Shown in pieces: positions 1 to 12,365 of a stretch of 64,000 nt of DNA. Numbering within the stretch: the stretch's first letter is position 1; each line of letters starts with the position of its first letter. This DNA comes from Heptranchias perlo (taxonomy: Eukaryota): the NCBI RefSeq assembly GCF_035084215.1, contig NC_090341.1:26102001-26166000 (forward strand), written 5' to 3'. A model generated the notes under the pieces. The model made no database searches. It was not told the origin of the DNA and was given only the letters and a program-made list of their open reading frames with translations. The position numbers and the translations under genes are program-made.

Positions 1-600
1 ATGTGGGGATATCCAGATTGGGGTTGGATGCAATACCTCCCAAGCTGGAATAGCTCGCTACACTTTGTCTAGGCTCCCACATGAAGAACAGCCACTTGGA
101 AGGTAACAAAGCTGCTGGCAACTTTATACCAAACAGGTGCTAATATTGAATTGGATGAATGTTGAATTGAAAAATAGCAACAAACTATTTTCTCCTGCAA
201 AAGCCAATTAAATTAACATAGGAAGGGGGGAAAAAAAAGGGACCCCCAGTTTTGAAAAATTAATTTCACTAATTTGGGTTTTCATGAGTTTCATAAGGTT
301 TTAAAAAAGGCAACACAAGTATGTTTCCAAAATAAAAAAAAGAGCAACGTTCAGTGAATTACAACCATCGCAATATTAAAGGATTTAAGTGATAAAACCA
401 CACTAAAATTTGCATGAAATCTGGTACAGCACTCAAGTTATTGAAAAGACAAGTTATTTTTCCAGACAGATAGAACCAAGGCATAGGCTTACAAATAAAA
501 TTACAAGATACTTAATTGTATGGGCTGATACTGTACATTACTCTCTAGGAAGTCCCGTTTCAGATAGTCAGTGTAAAACACAGAAACACACTTTCCTTAC

Positions 601-728
601 CTGAGCACAATTGGTTTGGTTATTTTGGGAATTTTATTTTCCTTGTAAACAAAGGATACCACAGCATAGGGGCAAACATGCCTTGGATACTGCCTTATAC
701 CTTCATTTCCAAATTCATAAAGGTAAAA
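601..728 (-). CDS. TASOR: TASOR coding exon 7 (end of pseudo-PARP domain); gene continues beyond the window start
   Basis: Acceptor ttttcAG at 730-729 and donor GTAAGG at 600. Encodes FYLYEFGNEGIRQYPRHVCPYAVVSFVYKENKIPKITKPIVL(R). The PRHVCPYAVVSF motif matches recalled human TASOR. 128 nt, phase 0 to 2. Confidence 0.93.
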
Positions 729-874
729 CTGAAAAATTAAAAAAGTGATCGTTAATAAGCCAATGTAGCAAAAATAACGTGTTAGTTCAGAACACATCTG
801 CATAAACAATAAACTGATTAACAGATTAAGTCAAATATTTATTATTTCAAGGAATGGAAATTACAATTAATGTT

Positions 875-1612
875 GGGCCGGATTTTGCTATTGAGCGACA
901 TATGAATGGCGCTAGCTGTTCATTAGACTTGAAAGCCCATAGACTTTCTATGAGCGTTTGCACGGCAAGTTACTGTAAGTTAGAGAGGCATTCAGTACGG
1001 CCCCTCTACAGAGCATCTGGGACCTGTGTGAACAGGGCAAGCAACTGTGTATCTCCTTAACCAATCAGATTAAAGCATCGTTAATGAGCAGCACAGAGAC
1101 TAAAGCAGGAAGTCTAAGTTAGAATAGTGAATTCAATGTCAAATCAGGTACAGTAAGCGAAACAGAGGGGGAAAGAAAGATTGGATTAAGAGACAGAGAT
1201 AGAAGAGACAGATAAAAAGAACATTTAAAAAAAAATGTCTAACAATAATTAAAAGAAAGAGACTCCACACTTGTAAAAGTTAATTTTCAGTGCCAGAGGG
1301 GTTGTTTGGCAGTAAGACAGACTTACCACACCGTTAAATGGGTACTTACGCCAGAATGGACAAGCCCTAACTTTTTCTGACCAGTTTAGTCCGTATCTAC
1401 GATGTCAGTGTACGAACTTCATGCTGTTCAATTCATTTGAATGGGGAACCAGACGGCGAGATGCCGTTTTCGTGCAGCTTACACAGCAGCAGCGCATCTC
1501 GGACAGCAACTTCCGAATTTCCGCGTTTAACTGCACATGTTGCTGTTCAATTCACACAAATAACAGTGAGCGCCGTTAGCCTCACCGTTACTTTTACAAC
1601 AAAATCCGGCCC
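875..1612. mobile_element. Non-autonomous DNA transposon (MITE, probably Harbinger-like) in TASOR intron 6
   Basis: Terminal inverted repeats GGGCCGGATTTTG (875) and CAAAATCCGGCCC (1612). Internal sequence resembles the element at 27592-28307. TSD not clean. Confidence 0.75.
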
Positions 1613-1640
1613 ATTCTCTTTAAAAGTTTTCAAACTGTAC

Positions 1641-1775
1641 CTGTGTAAGATCAAATGCTCTGTAAGTGAACAGCGAAGTGACACGGTTAAGGTTTCTAAA
1701 AACGTGGCAATCATGTTTCGGTGTTGGAGGGGTGAAATTCTTGGTGGTGTTATCAAACACAGCTTTTACCCTTCC
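1641..1775 (-). CDS. TASOR: TASOR coding exon 6
   Basis: Not in the ORF track in this frame. Acceptor ttttttAG at 1777-1776, donor GTACAG at 1640. Encodes GRVKAVFDNTTKNFTPPTPKHDCHVFRNLNRVTSLFTYRAFDLTQ (135 nt, phase 0-0), similar to the human PTPKHECHV...TSLLAYRAYELTQ segment. Confidence 0.93.
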
Positions 1776-1872
1776 CTAAAAAAATTAAACACGTCAAAAT
1801 TAGATATTTGTGTTCAAGGCATCAAGTTGTGTATCATTTTCAAATGAGCAATTGGACAGGGAATAGTTCTTC

Positions 1873-4365
1873 ATAGTAGGTACAACTCAGGAGGTGGCCA
1901 TTTGGCCCATCGTGCCTGTGCTGGCTCTTTGAAAGAGCTATCCAATTAGCCCCATTCCCTATCTCTTTCCCCATAACCCTGTAAATTTTTTCCTTTCAAG
2001 TATTTATCCAATTCCCTTTTGAAAGTTACAATTGATTCTGCTTCCACCACCCTTTCAGGCAGTGCATTCCAGACCTTTACAACTCGTTGCATTAAAAAAA
2101 TGTTTCCTCAAGTCACCTCTGGCTCTTTTTTCTGATCACCTTCAATCTGTCTCCTCTGGTTACTGACCTGTCCGCCACTGGAAACAGTTTCTCCTTATTT
2201 ACTCTGTCAAAACCGTTCATGATTTTGAACACGTATCAAATCTCTCCTTAACCTTTCCTGTTCTAAGGAGAACAACCCTAGCTTCTTCTGGATTTGGAAA
2301 GGGTGGGTCAAGCCTGACGAACTTGATTGAATTTTTTTTTGAAGAGGTAACTAATAGTGGACAGGGGAATGTCAATGGATGTTGTTTATTAGGATTTCCA
2401 GAAGGCATTCAATAAAGTTCCCCATAAGAGACTGTTAGCTAAAGTTGAAGCTCATGGAATTGAGGGCAAATTATTGACCTGGTTAGGAAATTGGCTGAGC
2501 AGCAGGAAAGAATGTAGGGATAATGGGCAGGTACTCAAATTGGCAGGATGTGAATAGTGGTGTTCCACAGGGATCTGTGTTGGGGCCTCAAATATTCATT
2601 GTATTTATTAACAACTTAGATGACAGGACAGAGAGCCACAGATCCACGTTTGCTGATGACACAAAGATAGGCAACATTGTAAGCAGTGTAGAAGGAAGAA
2701 TAATCTGTTAACATCTCTAATTTTAAGTGAATGGGCAAAACTGTGGTAAATGGATTTCAATTAGCACCTAAAAAGGTTAGAGCAGAGTACTTTCTAAATG
2801 GTGAAAAGCTCAAAGCAGCGGAGGTCCGAAGAGACTTAGGGGTCCATGTACATAGAGTAAAATGCCATGGACAGGTATAAAAGAGTCAAAAAGGCTAATG
2901 GAAAGCTGGCCTTTATCTCCAGAGGACTAGAGTACAAGGGGGTAGAAGTTATGCTAGAGCTATACAAAGCCCTGGTTAGACCACACCTGGTGTACTGTGT
3001 TCAGTTCTGGGCACTGCACCTTAGAAAGTATATACTGGCCTAGGAGAGTGCGCAGTGTAGATTTACTAGAATGATCCCCAGACTCCAAGGGTTAAATTAC
3101 AAGGAGAGATTGCACAAACTAGAATTGTATTCCCTGAGATTTAGAAAATTTAGGGTGATTTGATCAAAGTTGTCAAGATATTAAGGGGAGTCCAGAAGGT
3201 AGATAGAGAGAAACAATATTCACTGGTTGGGGAGTCTAGGAGGACAAGGGGACACAGCCTAAAAATTAGAGCTAGGATGTTCAGGAGTGAAGTTAGGAAA
3301 CACTTCTACACGCAAAGGGTGGTAGAAGTTTGGAACTCTCTTCTGCAAACGGCAGTTGACGCTAGCTCAATTGTTAATTTTAAATCTGAGATTGATAGAT
3401 TTTTGTTAACCAACGGCATTAAGGGATATGGAGTTAGGTCACAGATCACCAATGATCTCAGTGAATGGCAGAACAGGCTCGAGGGGCTAAATAGCCTACA
3501 CCTGTTTCTATGTCCCTTCTCCAGTCTCTCCACATAACTAAAGTCCCTCATCCTTGGCACCACTCTAGTAAATCTCTTCTGCACCCTTAATAAGGCCTTG
3601 ACTTTCTTCCTAAAATGTGGTGCCTTGAAGTGAACACAATACTCCAGCTGAGGCCTAAACAGTGTTTTATAAAGGTTTAGCATTACTTTATTGTTTTTGT
3701 TCTCTAAGCCTCTGTAAATGAAGCCCAGGGTCCTATATGCTTTCTTTTAAAAAAAAACAGCTTCTCAACTCGTCCTGCCACCTTCAGAGATTTGTGCATG
3801 TGCACCCCGAGCTGTATCTGTTCCTGCAACCCCTTTAAAATTGTTTATATTGCCTCTCCTCATTCTTCCTACCAAAATGCATCACTTCACACTTCTCTGC
3901 ATTAAATTTCATCTGCCATGTGTCTGCCCAGTTCACCAGTCTATGTCCTCCTGAAGTCTGTTACTATCCTCCACATTGTTTACTACATTGCCGAGTTGTG
4001 TCATCTGCAAACTTTGAAATTATGCGCTCTATACCCAAGTCCAGGTCATTAATATAGATCAAAAAGGGCAGTGGTACTAATACTGACCCCTGGGGAGCAC
4101 CACTGTATACTTCGCTCCAGTCTGAAAAATCATTCACCACTACTGTCTGCTTTCTGTCCCCTAGTCAATTTTGTATCTACGCTGCTGCTGTCCCTTTAAT
4201 CCCACGGGCTTTAATTTTGCTAACAAGTCTATTATGTGGTACTTTATCAAATGCCTTTTGAAAGTCCATATACACATCAACCACACTACCCTCATCAAAG
4301 AACTCAATCAAGTTTGTGAAACACTATTTTTCTTCAACAAATCCGTGCTGACTTTCATTTATTAG
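1873..4365 (-). mobile_element. Degenerate CR1 LINE (RT and 3' end), interrupted by a second CR1
   Basis: Minus-strand RT peptides such as LYKTLFRPQLEYCV; CR1 3' tail near 1873-1990. The sequence resumes after the inserted plus-strand copy. Confidence 0.85.
2290..3513 (+). mobile_element. 5'-truncated CR1 LINE nested in the opposite-strand CR1
   Basis: SGVPQGSVLGP and FADD motifs, FYTQRVVEVWNSL, and a CR1 3' tail. Short flanking repeat CTTCT on both sides. Confidence 0.85.
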
Positions 4366-4775
4366 CCCTCTGGCAATACAGCGTCGAACTGATCACAGAA
4401 AGATGACCTGCCCTTTTTACATGACCTTCTAGGACTAACACCTAGTCTCCATTCGCTGCCTTTCCTCAGATGGCCAGCAAAGATTCATCAATCATGACGT
4501 CAGAAATTACAAGGAGAATCGGTGTTCTACTGAACCAAAGTCCTCCTGTACAGCATCACTATTCCACCACAAAATTTGGTACTGTCAAACTGAAATCTTT
4601 ATTCCTGGGCCTTCTGTAGATAAACATTAAAATATATAGAAAATGTACATTTTATTGCATAGGAATTAAGTTGAGGTTGTGGGGCCGGGGGGGGGGGGGG
4701 GGGGGGGCGTTGGTGGGGAATGAAAAACAAAAAAAAAGAATAAGGCCACCTTAAAGAAATGAAGTCAGGCATTAC

Positions 4776-4867
4776 CTTTATGATCTTGAAAATTATTATC
4801 TCTGCCTTCCTTCCACTATCCAAAGGATTGGGCTGAAGTATATCACAGTATTTTGAAAGATAGACTC
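4776..4867 (-). CDS. TASOR: TASOR coding exon 5
   Basis: Acceptor ctcccAG at 4869-4868, donor GTAATG at 4775. Encodes (G)VYLSKYCDILQPNPLDSGRKAEIIIFKIIK. 92 nt, phase 1 to 0. Confidence 0.94.
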
Positions 4868-5054
4868 CTGGGAGAGGGGGGAAAAAAAAAATCATTAAAT
4901 CCTCAACCGCTGTCTTAAAGCTTTCCATTAGGTTAATCTGAGAAAATTGAAATACTCAAAATATTTCCAGTAAGACTGTACGCAAGATAATTATACAACA
5001 CTATGTATCTTTAAAAATACCAATTACTGCTTCAGTGAAGAAATTTTTTTTTAC

Positions 5055-5127
5055 CCATTGTAGGATTTCCGAGAATTGTTACTTTGGAGTTCCCCACAGG
5101 CAACCCTTTCTCACAAATAATGGGAAT
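5055..5127 (-). CDS. TASOR: TASOR coding exon 4
   Basis: Acceptor tttcctgctAG, donor GTAAAA at 5054. Encodes IPIICEKGLPVGNSKVTILGNPTM(G). 73 nt, phase 0 to 1, matching human ICEKGLHVGQSKITILGSPSMG. Confidence 0.94.
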
Positions 5128-6109
5128 CTAGCAGGAAAAAAAAAGTGGTTATTGAAAAGCCATTGATTCAATTGAGATATATAAACAAATTTTTTTTTAA
5201 AATATACATTACCTACTTTGCAGGGTTTTCTGGATCATATGCACCCTCCACACTGTAGGAATAAAGCTTGCCTGGCTGATTCTGGATAAGCCAAATGCTA
5301 TGCATGCAAATAAAAATGTTGCCATGACATTGTAAATAGGCAGGGCCACACATGTTCTATACCGTACTAAGCTCAAGACCTGTACCAATCTCGTTCAGCC
5401 TGAAGCAAATCTAAAACAGCCAAGCCAATGACCTCACTGGATGCACTGCAGGAACTAAACAAGGTAACCAAAATTGCTCCATCTGCATGACTCTTTTGAA
5501 TCACTCTATATCAAGTGAAGTAAGAGAAAATGAATACAGAAATGTATTCAGGTAAAGTAGCCCATCCAGGCTGCGGCAGCCTTCATTTCCAAACAGAAAT
5601 AATGTCAGCATGCACGCACAAATTTTGCCCGATATCACGGTCTGAAAATGATCCAGATCTAACCTTAACCCCCTTAATGCCAGGCAAATTGTCATTGTTA
5701 AACAAATGCTTTTCACCAAAATATAAGTGTCACTTAATTTGCTATTGTATTTTGTCCAGTTTTTAAAAGCCTTTTGCAGATATCGGTGCACAGATGCTGA
5801 ACTAAATGTGCAGACAAAGTTTTTTTTGATGAAATATTTTGTGTGGGTTAGTACCAAATAGCATTATCACATTACAACAGCCCAGAGGAGGGAACATACA
5901 CAGTGCTGTATGTAAAATTATGATGTGCTACTGTCCTCTTCTATATGCTCATTCATTTTTGCCTGTTTATTGTTCCCCAAAGTGTTTAGGGAACACAGGG
6001 GGGTTGGCTGTACAGCTTTGCTCTCTCCCCTCACCTTGACCCTGATAACTTTCTTTGTGAACCGGCAGTCAGGCCAACTCAATTTATTTTGTGTTTCTCT
6101 GGAGGGTCA

Positions 6110-7160
6110 ACGACATACATTTCTATAGCATTTGTCAGAGATGCTTCAAAGCACTTAACAGGACGATACAGAAGCAACAGGGTCAGGTGAGAGAGATTAG
6201 GAGGAAGTAAAAGTATAGCCAAAGCAAGGATGCTTAGGAAGCAGGCAGAAAACAGTGCTTGAAGGAGTAGCCACGAATGGCAATGCAAAGAATGAGAAAT
6301 ATGCAGGTGGCATGGAAGCAGAGGATGTTCAAAGGTATATATGATTGAAGATTGTGGAGGGTGAGGAGATGAAGGAACTTGAGGTTAAGATCTTGAAGCC
6401 AATTCTCTGGGGTACAGGGAGCCTACAGAAGGACTGGGGAGAGGGAAAAAAGACAAACATGTAGGGGAGATAGCAGAGTCTGGGACTGAGCATCTTTAGG
6501 CTTGGTCCAAGGTGATGGCCAAGGAGGTCGGTGGAGGAATGCAGGTGTTTTCAGTAGCTGAAATGGATGCCTTCGGTTTTTCCAACAATTAGCTGGAGGA
6601 TGATTTGGTTCATCCAGCCCTTAATGCTGGATAGGCAATTGAACAGTCCTGGGGTCAAAGGGGTACAGTTGAGTGTAGTCAGATGTCATTCTTCTAAATT
6701 ATGTTGCTACGGGGTTCTCCAATCTTGGACCTCAAATGGTACATTAGAGGTCGTTATGAGGGCAGTGGAGGAGAAGCCATTGAAGGTGATGTAGTGGTTA
6801 TGATGCAATAATAGGAGTAAAGCCACGAGACAGCAGTGCCATGGCTGCGAAGGAGACTAGAGGATAGAGTTGTCAACTGAGGAGGGGCAACAAGCCATGA
6901 CCGCAGTTACACTGGACGTTAATAAATTTGATCAGCATGGTCTTAGTGTTGTGGGTGGGATAGAAATTTGATTTGGAAAGCCTCAACAGGAAGAAATGGA
7001 GTGACATTAAAGCACAAACACATTCCAGGACATTAGAAAGGAGGAAGAGAAATGTGGGGTGGAGAATGGGTTTTAAAGAGGAATTATTTATACTTTTTAA
7101 TGATGTAGCGACAGATTGATGTCAGCAAACATGGGGGAATTTAGTAGCAGTAGTAGGTTC
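6110..7160 (-). mobile_element. Old, highly degenerate L2-like LINE fragment
   Basis: L2-type 3' tail remnant (ttctatagcattt...aaagcacttaac) followed by purine-rich antisense RT remnants. Confidence 0.5.
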
Positions 7161-7893
7161 AACATGATCAGCAAATGCAAACTTTAGCCAACAAAACAAA
7201 CTGGCATCATGGAACTGGACTTCATACAAAACATGAGTAAATGTGCAGCACCTCCTAACTTCGACATCATGACATTTTTATGTGCATAGCAGATGATTTC
7301 AGCAGAACCAACCAAGCTAGTCTTCACACCTACAATGTGTAAAGGATGCTTAAATGAATAGTAATTGGTATGCAATTCCAGATTTTCAAGTAGGTAAATG
7401 CACTCCACTTAACAGACAATGATAGGCACATCGGAACAGACATCCTACAATTGTATTTTATCTATACAGTTAAAAAGTGGATACTTCCACTTGCTGGGAG
7501 CAGTCATTTGGTATATGTAGACTTGCACTCAGTTTTGTCTCACTGCTTGCTGAAGTTATGTGCAAATGCTAGTCTTTTTCAATTGGTTTGTCATCAGAGG
7601 ACAGGATTAAAACAAAGAAAACTCATCTCAAATATAAGTTAAAACTCCCCCAAGCAATTTAGGGGCAGTGCAATACAAGTAGTGATTAAAGGCCAATAAC
7701 ATTGACTCAAGACATTCATTTTGTTTAGTTGAAACAATATATGAATGCGTTGGGAACTAACCACTGAAACATGCCTGTTTCGCAAATTTCATCTGCCCAA
7801 AAGGAGGCTCCATTGCACAATGCAATTCCAAAAGCAGCATTCAACAGGCTAGTTTCAAAAATTTCACTTAAAATAAAGATGAGCAATACACAC

Positions 7894-7986
7894 CTGTGAT
7901 GTGTCAAGCAGCAAGAATGCATACGATTCTGCCAACTCCTTTTCAGTTCGACCCTCATTTCTCAGCTCCTTCCTTTTTTCCATGTA
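7894..7986 (-). CDS. TASOR: TASOR coding exon 3
   Basis: Acceptor tttctAG, donor GTGTGT at 7893. Encodes YMEKRKELRNEGRTEKELAESYAFLLLDTSQ. 93 nt, phase 0-0; preceded by a 93-nt intron. Confidence 0.94.
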
Positions 7987-8079
7987 CTAGAAATATTAAA
8001 AAATACATTTCACTCACATGGACACTACCTGGAAAGAACATATGCAATAAATTAAGCCAAAATGATGAAATATACCAAC

Positions 8080-8228
8080 CTCTTTTTCTAGTCTTTCGTT
8101 GTGAATCATACTAGCTTTCACATAGGTGAAGTTAGCACTGGATGTGGTATCCAGGCAAGAAGAATTGAGAATTTTCAAAATATCTTGTCTGAATTCTCTG
8201 GAGCCCACTGGTAGCGGTTGACAGAGTT
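8080..8228 (-). CDS. TASOR: TASOR coding exon 2 (start of pseudo-PARP/DUF3715 domain)
   Basis: Acceptor gctttcAG, donor GTTGGT at 8079. Encodes (E)LCQPLPVGSREFRQDILKILNSSCLDTTSSANFTYVKASMIHNERLEKE. 149 nt, phase 1 to 0. Confidence 0.94.
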
Positions 8229-9064
8229 CTGAAAGCAAATTTATTCAATTAATACAATGAGAGCACATTTTCAGGACTATTTTTAATTTTCCCCCCTAGT
8301 TTGCAATGTGAACATAGTTTTTACCGTAGACTGCAACGTATCATTAAACATTGTGCTTTTTGCCAAAAGACTTGATGTACGTATCACTGTTTTGAGTAAT
8401 GGTAACAGAGCACCTAGGTATGCAAAATGTGCTGTGGTATTAAAATGAGGTTTGCATCCACAACTCTCCACATGCTAACTTCCTGAACTCACCACACCAT
8501 CAAAAAGATGCACACTGCCACAGGGTAGAACAGTCATCTAGACCATTTTTGCACACAAGAATGTGAAACAAGTAAGTCACCTGCCAACCTTTTCAAACCA
8601 GAGACAGGGGACAAAAGCTTTAAAAAAAGAGAAAATAACTATTTAAATACTGTTTGTACATCTGTCCCTGTCCCCCCCATCCAATCCAATCAGCTTGCAA
8701 TTGAATGCAGCAAGGAAATAACACTAGTGGTAACCAGGTATCTTCCAAGCAGCTAAATTATCCGACAGCGTATGAAAATAAAAAGGTAAACAAATGTATA
8801 TTAATGTTTTGGGCTGAAGACCACTGGTCAACCTAGCGTTTTCTTCCAAATAATCGATCAGTTTCAAGTGTCAGATTTGTCCAGTGGTATCACTCCTGCC
8901 TGAGGCAGGTCATGAGTTCAAGCCCCACTCCAGGCATTTAAGCCACTCAGTTGTATCAAATTTTCTCAAGGTAACTGGTGATGGGGACACAAAAAAAATG
9001 TCTTTCCTTGTCATGATTCTTTTAACTAATAGCACTGTATCTTCCTTCTCAATAAGATTTTATC

Positions 9065-10600
9065 CAGTTGTGAAAAATACTCAACTGGAGGAGGGCTAAT
9101 TTCACTGAGTTGAAAAGACATCTGGCCCAAGTGGATTGGAATCATGGATTGGCAGTTAAAACAGTAAATGAGCAATGGGAGGCCTTCAAAGAGGAGACTG
9201 TATCTAATCTGTACCTGAAATTTCTCAAGGGGGAAAAAGGAAGGGCATCCAAAGCTAGAGCTCCCTGGATGACTAAAGACATATAGATTAAAATGAAACC
9301 AGAAACGGAGGCTAATGATAAATGTCAGGCTCATAATAGAGTAGAGAACCAAGCTGAATACAGAAAGTACAGAGGAGAACTGAAAAGGGAAGGAAGAGGG
9401 GCAAAAAGAGAGTGTATAAGAAAAGATTAGAGGGAACCCAAAAGTCTTTAATAAACATGTAAATGGCAAAAAGGTAGTCAAAGGAAGGATGGGGCCGATT
9501 AAGGACCAAAAAGGAGATCTTCTAGTGGAGCCAGAGGGCATGGCTAAGGTGCCAAATGAGTACTTTGCATCAGTGTTCACTAAAGAGGATGTTGCCAATG
9601 TCAGAGTAAAGGAGGAGGTAGTAGAGAAATTGGATAGAGTAAAATAAATAGAGGAGCTACTTAAAAAGGTTAGCAGCGCTCAAAGTAGAAAAGTCACCCG
9701 GTCCAGATGGGATGCATCCTAGGTTATTGAGGAAAGTTAGGATGAGATAGGATGGAGGCACTGGTCACAATCTTCCAATCCTCCTTAGATATGGGAGTGA
9801 TGCCATAGGACTGGAGGACTGAAAATGTTATGCCTCTGTTCAAAAAAGATGAGGGGGATAAACCTGGCCACTACAGGCCAGTCACCCAAACGTTGATGGT
9901 GGGGAAACTTTTAGAGACAGTAATCAGACAAAATTAATTGTCATTTGGAAAAATATGGGTTAATAAATGACAACCAAGCACGGATTTGTTAAAGGCAAAG
10001 CGTGTTTCATTAACTTGACCGAGTTCTTTGATAAAGTAATGAAGAGGGTTGATGAAGGTAGTGCAGTTGGTGTTGTGTATATGGACTTTCAAAACATGTT
10101 TGATAAAGGACCACATAATACCTATTAGCAAAATTGCATCCCATGGGATTAAAGGGGCAGTTGCCATGTGGATACAAAATTGGCTAAGGGACAAAAAGTA
10201 GAGAATAGTCATCAGCGGTTGTTTTTCAGACTGGAAGGAAGTATAGTAAACAGTGATGAGGACAATAACAGACTTCAGGAGGACATAGGCAGGCTGGTGA
10301 AATGGACAGACATGGCAGATGAAATTTAATGCAGAGAAGTGTGAAGTGATGCATCTTGGTAGGAAGAATGAGACAACGTGATATAAACTAAATGCTACAA
10401 TTTTAAAGGGGGTACAGCGGAGAAACCTGAGGGTGTATATACACAAATCTTTGTAGGTGGCAGGACAAGTTGAGACGGCTGTTAAAAAAGCATATGGGGT
10501 CCTTGGCTTTATAAACAAAGGAATAGAGTACAAAAGCAAGGAGGTTATGCTGAATGTTTACAAATCATTGGTTAGGCCTCTGCTGGAGAATTGTGTCCAA
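9065..10600 (+). mobile_element. Degenerate CR1 LINE ORF2 fragment
   Basis: CR1 ORF2 remnants (KSPGPDGMHP-, DFQ..FDK-type motifs) with frameshifts and deletions. Confidence 0.8.
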
Positions 10601-11437
10601 ATTAATGAGAAGATGGATTTAAACTTCATATGATCTTTGAAGCTTCATAATATGCACCCAGGCAGCCAATGACACAAACCTTTAACACTCCTGGTTTACT
10701 GCAACAGATAACATACTAGTAAGAAAAACACAAATCTAATGACCGTGGGGAAATGTTTAAAAAGCCATGATCTATGCTGAGTTAGGCTATTTCAAATAGT
10801 CCACTATAACCCCAACCTCGGGGTTCCAGGGCAAAGAGGAAGTAATCAGCAAATCTGCTCTGGAGTATTATCTAGCAACTCTTGCTTAAGATGGGTTGCA
10901 CGTGTACAGAATCTGGCATGTCTGCGATGGTCGTCATGATCATAGCATCTGGCAAGCATTCACTGTTTAAACTGATACGGCTATTTTAGTTAACCACTGG
11001 GTTACTGTGAATCCATACCCGAGTAGCATGCAGAAACCAAGTGACTACATTTAAAAGTCAGCTATGCAATTGAGCAGTCTGGATTTGATTTAAATCAGCA
11101 GTGTTTCAAGGGACTTCAAGTTCTAATATTAAAAATCTGTTGCTTGCCACAAACTGCATTTTAGAAAAGTGTTAAAACATAGATGGAGAAATGGAAAGGC
11201 CTATTCTTCTCACAGTATGTACTATATGCTCTCTCTCCCAAGGAAAATGTTCTGCAAAGCCTTTCCCATTTAAAACCAAGCAAAGCTTAAAAAAAGATTT
11301 TTTAAAATTTATGTCCTACATTATTCATCCTGGTCACTTTTGTTGGCATTATTTATTTTTGTAATCAAAAATTCTTTAATGTGATGTTTGTTCACTTAAC
11401 AGTGATAATATTTTTCAAAAGGTAGACTTTCAGTGTC

Positions 11438-11848
11438 CCAGCTTGACTCAGTAGTACCACTCTTGCCTTAAAAATCAGAAGGTCATGAATTCAAGCCCCA
11501 ATCCGCAACTGAGCACATAATCTAGGCTGACACTTCAGTGCAATACTGAGGGATGACTGCATTGTCAGAGACAGTGTCTTTCGGATGAGATTATTCTGAG
11601 ACCGCTTGTAAGAGATTCCACAGCACTATTCAAAGAGAAGCCAGGGAGTTATCCCCCAACCAACGCCTTCAAAAACAGATTACCAAGTCATTCATCTCAT
11701 TGCTGTTTCTGGGGCCTTGGTGAGTGCAAATTTGCTGCCTTGTTTGCCATCAAAACAAGTGACTACACTTCAAAATTAATTGACTGTAAAGCACATTGAG
11801 ATATCCTTAGCACACGAAAGGCATATAGAAGTTCAAGTTTTCTTCCTT
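11438..11848 (+). mobile_element. tRNA-headed Deu-domain SINE (SacSINE1/AmnSINE-like) with L2-type tail
   Basis: Degenerate A/B-box head; Deu core CAGTGCAATACTGAGGG...TCTTTCGGATGAGA...CATTGCTGTTT; tail gaaaggcatatagaagttcaag. Confidence 0.75.
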
Positions 11849-12084
11849 TGAACGAAATTTAGTTGACTATATATCTGTACCCATGAACAAATGACCGCAG
11901 CAACTGCAACTTTAATAGCTACAAGTCAATCTGTGCAGGCTTAATCTGTTCACTATCACAGAGTCATAACTAAAAAGCATTAAAGACTTCAAATGCAGTC
12001 CATGGACATTTATCCTTAAACAAATTAAAGTGCAGGGAGGTTAACAAATATGATTGAACCAGTGTTTACTTGCACATCAAATTA

Positions 12085-12365
12085 CATAGAATTTACAGCA
12101 CAGAAGCAGGCCGTTTGGTCCAACTGGTCTATGCTGGTGTTTATGCTCCACACGAGCCTTCTCCCACCCTATTTGATCTAACCCTATCAGCATATCCTTC
12201 TATTCCTTGCTCCCTTGTGTATTAATCTAGTTCTCCTTAAATGCATCTATACTATTCGCCTCAACTAGTCCATATGGTAGCAAGTTCCACATTCTAGCCA
12301 CTCTCTGGGTAAAGAAGTTTCTCCTGAATTCTTTATTGGATTTATTAGTGACTATCTAATATTTA
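12085..12365 (-). mobile_element. CR1 3' end fragment
   Basis: Reverse complement of the CR1 3' UTR seen at 18780-18890. Confidence 0.8.

Noticed and set aside
1-600. TASOR exon 8
   Set aside because: No segment with convincing splice sites and similarity was found by eye; it may lie outside the window or be too short to recognise.
5501-5857. 118-aa minus-strand ORF in TASOR intron 3
   Set aside because: No similarity to TASOR, and exons 3 and 4 already join in frame.
9026-10539. 190-aa and 201-aa minus-strand ORFs
   Set aside because: They are antisense frames of a degenerate CR1, hydrophobic because the sense strand is A-rich.
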